Source: a virus. Taken from it: DNA of 64,000 nt. A program made the position numbers and the translations under genes. Where the stretch lies: positions 1-64,000 of IMG/VR virus record IMGVR_UViG_3300027747_003534. One strand, written 5' to 3'. Positions 62,401-64,000 of the stretch are shown in pieces. How positions within the stretch are numbered: position 1 is the first letter of the stretch; each line of letters begins with the position of its first letter. The notes below the pieces were generated by a model. That model worked only from the letters and a program-made list of their open reading frames with translations, did no database searches and was not told where the DNA came from.

Positions 62401-64000
62401 GCTAATAAGAGAACTCAAAGATCTGTAGTAATAGACGATTCTATACTTGATTTATTTGGCCGAAAGTTTGCTCCTATAACAGAAACAAGACCAGATGCTG
62501 TTCCAGATAACGGGAAAAAATTTACAGGACGTGAAGTTAGTGACACGGCTAGAGAAAATGATAAATTCCCATTTAGAACCAGAATAACTGGAGCTAAAGG
62601 AATTAATTCACAGTATAAGTCTGCATATTCTTATTATAGAAGAATACTAGGAGAATATAATTATCATAAAAATATTGGAAAATTAGATAGATATATAAAA
62701 GGATATAAAACCACAGCTACTGTTGCTAGAACTTTAGCTAGTGGTGGCATAGTATATGCATCTACTGGGGCTTTAATTCCTTATGCTCCCAAGGGCACGG
62801 ATACTGTTCCGGCAATGTTAACTCCTGGTGAATTTGTCGTTAACGCAAGATCAACTGCTAAAAATTTACCTCTACTAAAGTCTATTAATAATGGAGGAGT
62901 TCAAGGATTAAGTAGTGGGGGAGTGGCTTATCTTAGTAGGGGAGGACAACCAAATGATGTTTCATACGGTAGGTTTGAATTATCTGATGACCAAGCACAA
63001 TTTTCTCATAGATCAATCAATCCATTAACGGGAAATAGAACTCCTGAGAATGGTGATGATCTTGATAAAAAATATAGGATTAACTCTGGTATATATGACT
63101 ATTTGACCCTAAGAACCACGATGCCAGACTGGTTAACTTCGTTAAATAATTTAAGCTTCGATGATAATAGTATGCGCTTTTTTAGCGACGCTTCTTTTTA
63201 TAAGACCTTAACTCAAATAAGAGAAGCTAATGATTTAAGGAGTCTCCAAAGTCTATCATATAATTTTGTTAAAGGTTTTAAATATAGAGATTATAATAAA
63301 GATAATCGTCTTACTGGATTTGATTTTACTAGCCATCTTTCAAAAACGGACGGAATTTTAGGATTAATAGATCCTGATGTTGGAGGAGACCTTCAGCCGA
63401 AAGATTTGGTCAAATGGACAACAACAAAAGCCAAGCTCCAGGCAAAATCATCTGCTGCAAGAGTTGTTAAAAATTTAACTCCTGATCTAGAAAATCTAAG
63501 AGATATTCTTTCTGATCAGAAGCCTATGGGGAAAAATAATAATCCAGAGTTTAAAAATAGAAATCATTATGAGTCACCAGCAGCATTACTAAACAGCACC
63601 GTGAGCGAATGGAAAAAACAGAGACAGCAACAAAAAAACAGAGTAAATCTAAGACAAGAAGAGTTAACAGAAAGTAAAGATGGTCGTCAAATCACGATGC
63701 CTCCTCATCTCAATATGAATTTTGATGAAATTAATGTTGCTGATGTTGTAAAAGATATTCTTGCTAAGAAAAAGACCCCATATACGGAAAATCTAGTATC
63801 TTGGCTCGAAAATAATGTAAAAACAGTATCTGAAAAAGTAGCTGATTTGGTACCTGTTCCAAAGGCTAGTGAGGAATGGGATGCTGCTGATGCAGAGAGG
63901 CCGCGTGTTATTTTGGACCTTATTAAGAATGGTCCAGAAGCCTTTATGACTGGATTAAAGGGAGAAACCAAAGAGGGTAAAAGCAAGTCTCTTATTTATT
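47422..64000 (+). CDS. Giant tape-measure protein (at least 5526 aa, 3'-truncated) with embedded enzyme cargo domains
   Basis: ATG 47422 with AGGA upstream. Frame 1 has no stop in the segments I translated, and its absence from the stop-dependent ORF track fits a frame open to the end. TP901-type core at about 48130-48950 (FDLQMTRISQVTG...LAQAG...AKFAVEASDII.AIQR.GG...RESAETIATGLRTIFTRI...GGFRQ). Confidence 0.9.
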   Translation, partial: MSKGFNLTAEINLRGPSNIRTVVADIRRQIGSVSADITPVVTRQSVRNVASVIRSQLSNIICDVKIKANTSSLRSIGSDIRRQLSGVSANINVRANQSSIRTMAADIRRQLGSINANVNVRFNTTAVTTYSNNLRGLNANLNQIITSATNATGAINALAAAMRSASAAGSAINNTAINVGNVSRAANNTRNSITLASNEMVEFGRQSGLAFRRFSAITTVTSVIYGLTNAVSQGVKSFIDFDLQMTRISQVTGDSRNKLADVANTITDLSTKLGVSSNELTTTTVTLAQAGLTAKDTATALKALALSALAPSFDDMNQTVEGSIALMRQFGIGANQLEMALGSVNAVSAKFAVEASDIITAIQRTGGVFAAASRGVSTGTEALNEFIAVFTSIRATTRESAETIATGLRTIFTRIQRAGTIEALQEFGVTLTDLEGKFVGPYIAVQRLSEGLSRLDPRDLKFSQIVEELGGFRQIGKVLPLIQQFATAQDALKVAQQGQGSLATDAAKGQLALAIQIQKVREEFLALIRSIGDTSSFQNIVKVGLDLASALIKVADATKGVLPLLTLFAAFKGITAATQYIGGFSQGIRGNGGGARRANEGGRIYAFASGGLVPGYGNGDTVSAKLTPGEFVMSKPAAQSIGVGNLHSLNRSRGGSIFPKNYYQGGVAALKSLSPGESGNRISDYIDYYENETSKTSKQKTGRKNKLNRQSPKMLRGFQLKDNVNSDIERRVIGESEIKEAVANNANFRRYINSRAAKDKSREFYAAQGVAFEEFLFQHILEGKQYEKAPKNNYPLDFIPKTPGLPPVEAKFTYEQVPDAFILNKRLRYNLLRRNNEKISPLTRKQKPDNIQLGPTIVYEMGPGLKNKIFTPNSSESQKRGREERAQKSLLKIDKLGLERNNGGSIQKFGIGGSTDAISTYKATSMKLNRSLMLGTPLTKEEQKNVKDLKKQTTDKLPKQLYSGIGENRLNLIKNQVGDKLPKSVGKSFTLPGFLSTSLDSSIAMEFARQGLLSILTNPKKKGINTNKRVSTDYDLEKEFILPPNSKFKILSAKEERSSARPGSSLMRSKASLNVQQLASGGSIQRFMAGEMVRRTKKERFKKITESDAAKLTASQIITGLTTGQTGPVRVEGMDVGMMRTILGKRNTTPDIQRKKDEILKAYTRRINGEVDQRLGITNQKQAAGLLFGIAGLYGSPFKPTDMVVGDKGELKNITTVQVMGGVPRKKLMDKAGIGIDDLDAYGKDFRKSVKKGAKRLLVSDILSQLGLGKALYADFDKTLVFGADNLPDLQSFNNKRQVGRQLLSEKARLSTLGQKLRDLLLVKPQLSPYVNVLTARPPSTVGLLQAFLKRQNLNIPRSQFTGVGGNNLNESAIAKLKAAELPPGSVFVDDNGKNTKEAELKSKSLKAKGEAGIKVFRYKSARNPLDQPGEDTAAGLAFQESLRGLLSDKRAMAAFAETGGKSIDFPLGLGKRAALFGLKPNIPTDAKRTLNGPSTAKDNITNYLKVRGYNSGGIIQKFETGGATDSLRQYQLRSKDLHSAVISNKPDKTKSNQIKDLDSSMIDSLPKILYSGFKENRRKIIDQDIDPNKDYKSQLMNKTFSFPSFLSTSINYDSAKRFAGSNGGVLHIRPTGKGANVLERTGNKGKSALYDMEAEYLLPRNSRFKINRVLDTTGPLGWRSDWGAPNFLEAEVKSFKNGGNIRRFADAGLVPAPKLIQRGGFKYSLEDIIKAGFTEAQFMKQIPAPGGYGEQWQIGGYGEGSIPMPPSLQPYKAPPSVVQDRVDLARSNVQNRMADAVRRDGRTLRDYEVSSDQKAFKKMRGYAIGGSTQDTVPALVSNGEAFVPPETAKNIGYDKLREMNQADRNGMRSFAGGGISLFKGPGSGTSDSIGPVGLPVGGFVIRAAATKALGLSKGGAVQRFAFGGSPRAVPNISGMSDARALSVVGVTDNVTGQLENLATVLQELGVRSGDSARIIQSGIQATYQQAIRATEADIRRARLAGASAEQISQAENQLADIRRQAQQDIQTRRTLGGLSGNQLQSIESNAQEERDRIRTNTRNRLAARGMSQEDINTRLQENAGAIDRQAYSRASSRAGVNLRANGLTGDDAQRFVRQSMGDPRILRQMDDQLRQQLRSSTAYTTASRTQQRQMSQSVEEEIRTRKDIVNKLARQRGQQAPGGDQRGNFGGMLGLSFGLQGIGSLLAQQINASASSSNASTAGAIQGGVTGLATGGMLVGGLQDMLGSRLSPAVSKLLGGFGLLATLAASVGQAFIEARNAAIEFEKNFQQKKLETAISDSQQLFEKLNTNIKNVDIQRSLASKLAEAGEAAKAGIEANNKLAKAFWVNLFDAFGSADQGAASQRSEILDKKGIMAYFRSTDLFGGGDKGRSKEYQSLIPEKARENSKSFAETSKLTTDLIGAKIQSGSSVEDIFKDPAWKKQAEVIARANAAVEQEILSIKNNANISDVEKEARINNIIAINAEQTIRQQASVIERQQQLKSLDNTINVYTRSLERMFQNMEQSIGRASFSLEQMSKDIDLASDSLQGQAKVGNIALTAINALQNPRAYSDQTVSNSRNVAAESFGIRSPEMVSLLGVGEKIESTVMSTINKSVNKNPGITEEALGSIVGRDVKEALANLSLPPDLVEKLSGEVGNVLKDFKKSGDEKLDYTQLSEKLGQLNKVVDSSRRAQEVAIKALEHYQNALNVYTQNINKTIDLQISANQRLRKATDIVADSELSLAKTLGKNISLENARTMVNSKVSAKTGGATNPNDIFDSINKLENTRVVQQAEQRSAGERGLSGQADFIKFTKNLSDTNIGLRENIDALKYLADNTDIAASAMEKIQEAQQKSSGRASFIEKLVTSTPEELNGLSSAFQRLQNNANGQINTINRSTGAQRAYYEALQNGASMMEAMKAAQAAFVNERKETLGALNDILPFLGNNQQAGNIKANVLESMLQESGMGVSPVFQQILNTLRNPELDPATQAAIAEYREGNNLQARANSLLAQLDSNLARDIANQSAKALANALSDVKINFEGSELKDLVNLVQQINGKLPLGAAPAAGKASGGVIYAAAGRAIDFKSQGTDTVPAMLTPGEFVVNRAATQSHLPLLNAINSNKYSSGGAVRYYSSGGYVSQNFKEEYKKNSDDLVQSKEKYIDPRSAAFREVKSVYAGPDKFVRGAQPKTIMAPVATASSGRASLDSIKSEDGINNLYLGEAPAILVEKNAHNQDVFNYGVINRPRAHLLDPLGSVVDKPFDTKNITKNKFIEYKNSFNQKLINSDLDSSTIVSSMPAVNDIKDIPESLISDQFYSPNVISNLPVGMIVTRNKTLGALSWNKESTEHAKVLKIYRLASDYADVSVVSNEDQGYYKIKSDLKMSDSSAQDRIKILTGDNSWITEKDNIKNIIKTQELNLKDLKQTQTFTSVDPDPTNPVFNNLFKAEDPNLSNLRQKLEILYSGAEGISLTGNELNFFNPSALSEDKENNITLLHVLNSKYKPILDKSLNSKQQADKIKTTFPKLMVGGAGLNNLPDADYKWARGYEFGIYDVADMGKMKTFPWVANEDPSVISQDIQAAIDNQAEQLKTKYGISTKPVSDFGSYKLKLPNPIGDVDLPYHMQYTEYTGPQIATDPSKADPNGFNLGANLNKALLITPNNKNPLSPYSQFKKYAQSTAYVDKILTGDEIFDKSHIELDKIPDFTTLAKGNIDRNQRDQLKQNLKGVQYSIDLDSLIDHTNHPILKNIPLFEDSPPNKQSYVFNIGEYLSTVADKVFTDRDNAAIKSVGEIDDKGQLADDTIKDNKLPDAVKNLARLSLGVFGRKRVPGLPGNWLYNSIRGIIQKPFKNSGVAQQAAGYTSGIFNNFGGYLSKLAPMTRNPNIYQQLKELFTLGSGAAMAFTGLASGDTRMIGQFQKLNLNAEDLFRSLGGASLFGRISSTALSGDYKAILGQQLEGAKIKTVGANGTLSLVSADKAIPEKYNDLVNIAFNPYNEFPSKDTRKDIIEKLTTDMINATDQVGMSYFDPNTQRFLYGNMTSLYNWYGGNGAWEGQDYFFDKNVDPDNAKRTQQVIDSFSGQDGQDAYTKGNIAHTTLGFASRYGSLPTDKWFVQRREAGLNAEARAVTDPNASKDPLRFATGGVVYAQEGQHINFQPRGTDTVPAMLTPGEFVINKAATQSNLPLLHAINNGGAKAYSNGGPVYLARGGLTVKEHFKPLDTNIFDSLDIDKNSILEDNEMPKNSILRYMADYRKGADNKLTKKELEEYNTDYDSHIDNYLSLDAQKKYNNINPQKQKLNGSFQLNNGDRISQIQFIQTYEAANKIGKQKSKWGARNTLEENFYSGDPNYPFSQATYDLEAHNNKLRLGVGPFNSKAFGYGVAQQIIPALLSLAGGGVGFALTAPFTPAAQIGGTIGGAIVGDQIGQVINEMIYNGFPSSWKKDINKKIEKYPESYEIGQWTGFAADIAMGGFADDFITKSASGLVKKKLTRQAIDEAIKSGSSLNKLIQVGNDTIPIEKTVDDLAESTGKEAASNSKKVNKSKSKKSEKAENKAKIDSLLKNMKIIGDEYNSKIGEAYNKGILRKYDSLAAGDIASAIQKTGDVRNQAAKFHFDDLLKSSPDYVDPSLLTKLTDNSPIYIAAQSQAKETFSRLGIDVSDDFGKLDANKMFDEYFNKEYDILSKNPLNEAAARQKQSILDEIAQKYDIDPSDFKRLKDKLDDIAVRPRRPGFKTIYGLTKTAIMIARMIKDRKIEQKKAQPYDMPEAQTVPAVADKAEAAASPNKDEPKTAETTPPKPQVVKPKDVGNLPKYWDELSYKEYLDTLIKSGKNPEIPDKKLFTTSAIYTKGKRTTALDSRDTTGIVGGNRVSLPKDPKEKAKLDAQINNIGQKLYTSSEIAYDSYSRLVTGKNKNIPLGDIIKGDLIDNYRQSIESMHELMSITNLDKFGTINFKLDKPLPGQSSNKKLGDIIDTLKAVRKGYKNDIVPSLVNEDAEPKEGETPEDANKRTQRSVVIDDSILDLFGRKFAPITETRPDAVPDNGKKFTGREVSDTARENDKFPFRTRITGAKGINSQYKSAYSYYRRILGEYNYHKNIGKLDRYIKGYKTTATVARTLASGGIVYASTGALIPYAPKGTDTVPAMLTPGEFVVNARSTAKNLPLLKSINNGGVQGLSSGGVAYLSRGGQPNDVSYGRFELSDDQAQFSHRSINPLTGNRTPENGDDLDKKYRINSGIYDYLTLRTTMPDWLTSLNNLSFDDNSMRFFSDASFYKTLTQIREANDLRSLQSLSYNFVKGFKYRDYNKDNRLTGFDFTSHLSKTDGILGLIDPDVGGDLQPKDLVKWTTTKAKLQAKSSAARVVKNLTPDLENLRDILSDQKPMGKNNNPEFKNRNHYESPAALLNSTVSEWKKQRQQQKNRVNLRQEELTESKDGRQITMPPHLNMNFDEINVADVVKDILAKKKTPYTENLVSWLENNVKTVSEKVADLVPVPKASEEWDAADAERPRVILDLIKNGPEAFMTGLKGETKEGKSKSLIY
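49420..50118 (+). other. Tape-measure cargo 1: PD-(D/E)xK nuclease-like domain
   Basis: QGVAFEEFL...NYPLDF...PVEAKF at 49723-49857. Confidence 0.5.
50161..50652 (+). other. Tape-measure cargo 2: ADP-ribosyltransferase domain (VIP2/C2/T4 Alt-like, R-S-E clade)
   Basis: LYSG 50302-50313, FLSTS 50401-50415, A.EF, EKEFILPPNSKFKI from 50530. Confidence 0.8.
51229..51680 (+). other. Tape-measure cargo 3: HAD-superfamily phosphatase domain
   Basis: Motif I LYADFDKTL (DxD 51244-51252), motif II VLTAR (51418-51432), motif III K, motif IV VFVDD (51580-51594). Confidence 0.75.
51721..51948 (+). other. Tape-measure cargo 4: second, degenerate PD-(D/E)xK-like segment
   Basis: GLAFQESL...SIDF...PTDAKR parallels GVAFEEFL...PLDF...PVEAKF. 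Confidence 0.4.
51991..52506 (+). other. Tape-measure cargo 5: second ADP-ribosyltransferase domain
   Basis: LYSG 52129-52140, FLSTS 52237-52251, AKRFA, EAEYLLPRNSRFKI from 52381. Confidence 0.8.
56608..62946 (+). repeat. Three dispersed copies of a ~70-aa GG...GTDTVPAMLTPGEFV.N...LPLL..IN...GG module (GTDT at 56668, 59866, 62794)
   Basis: Identical GTDTVPAMLTPGEFV peptide with synonymous DNA differences; divergent copies at about 49240-49370 and 52888-53150. Confidence 0.9.

Noticed and set aside
49176-63986. Short minus-strand ORFs in the last 15 kb, and the apparent absence of a + strand gene there
   Set aside because: They are antisense shadows of the single open + frame from 47422, which the track omits because it has no stop in the window.
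1-64000. Stop-codon reassignment, tRNA/rRNA genes, inteins, host assignment
   Set aside because: Long ORFs tile the window under the standard code. I recognised no RNA gene or Hint/LAGLIDADG motif by eye, and nothing here identifies the host reliably.

Overview
This is an AT-rich, densely coding, almost entirely + strand window from the virion-structure region of a large tailed phage (Caudoviricetes), read with the standard genetic code. Bases 1-21.7 kb alternate fibre/adhesin genes (Thr-rich repeats, LamG, FN3, Mtd-N, Gly-X-Gln collagen, three 7-bladed propellers) with glycan-type modification enzymes (2 sulfotransferase-like, 2 GT2-like, GT25, GH130/DUF377-like propeller, 3 SAM methyltransferases, a cupin/oxygenase). 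Bases 21.9-47.3 kb hold neck and tail genes, including a 4126-aa fibre and a probable tail tube protein. The ORF track misses the main feature, a single + strand ORF from ATG 47422 that is still open at the window end (at least 5526 aa). It is a tape-measure protein whose interior carries enzyme-like cargo domains: two ADP-ribosyltransferases, a HAD phosphatase, two PD-(D/E)xK-like folds, an EF-hand and large unknown blocks. These are fenced by a repeated di-glycine motif and a reiterated DTVPAMLTPGEFV module, which suggests an injected effector polyprotein. The track also misses a GT25+methyltransferase frame with no canonical start, joined to the upstream gene by an A10 tract. Other features read from the DNA are a GGTGTAT intergenic promoter-like motif and a strong terminator just before the tape-measure gene. 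All domain calls come from manual translation and motif reading; no searches were run.
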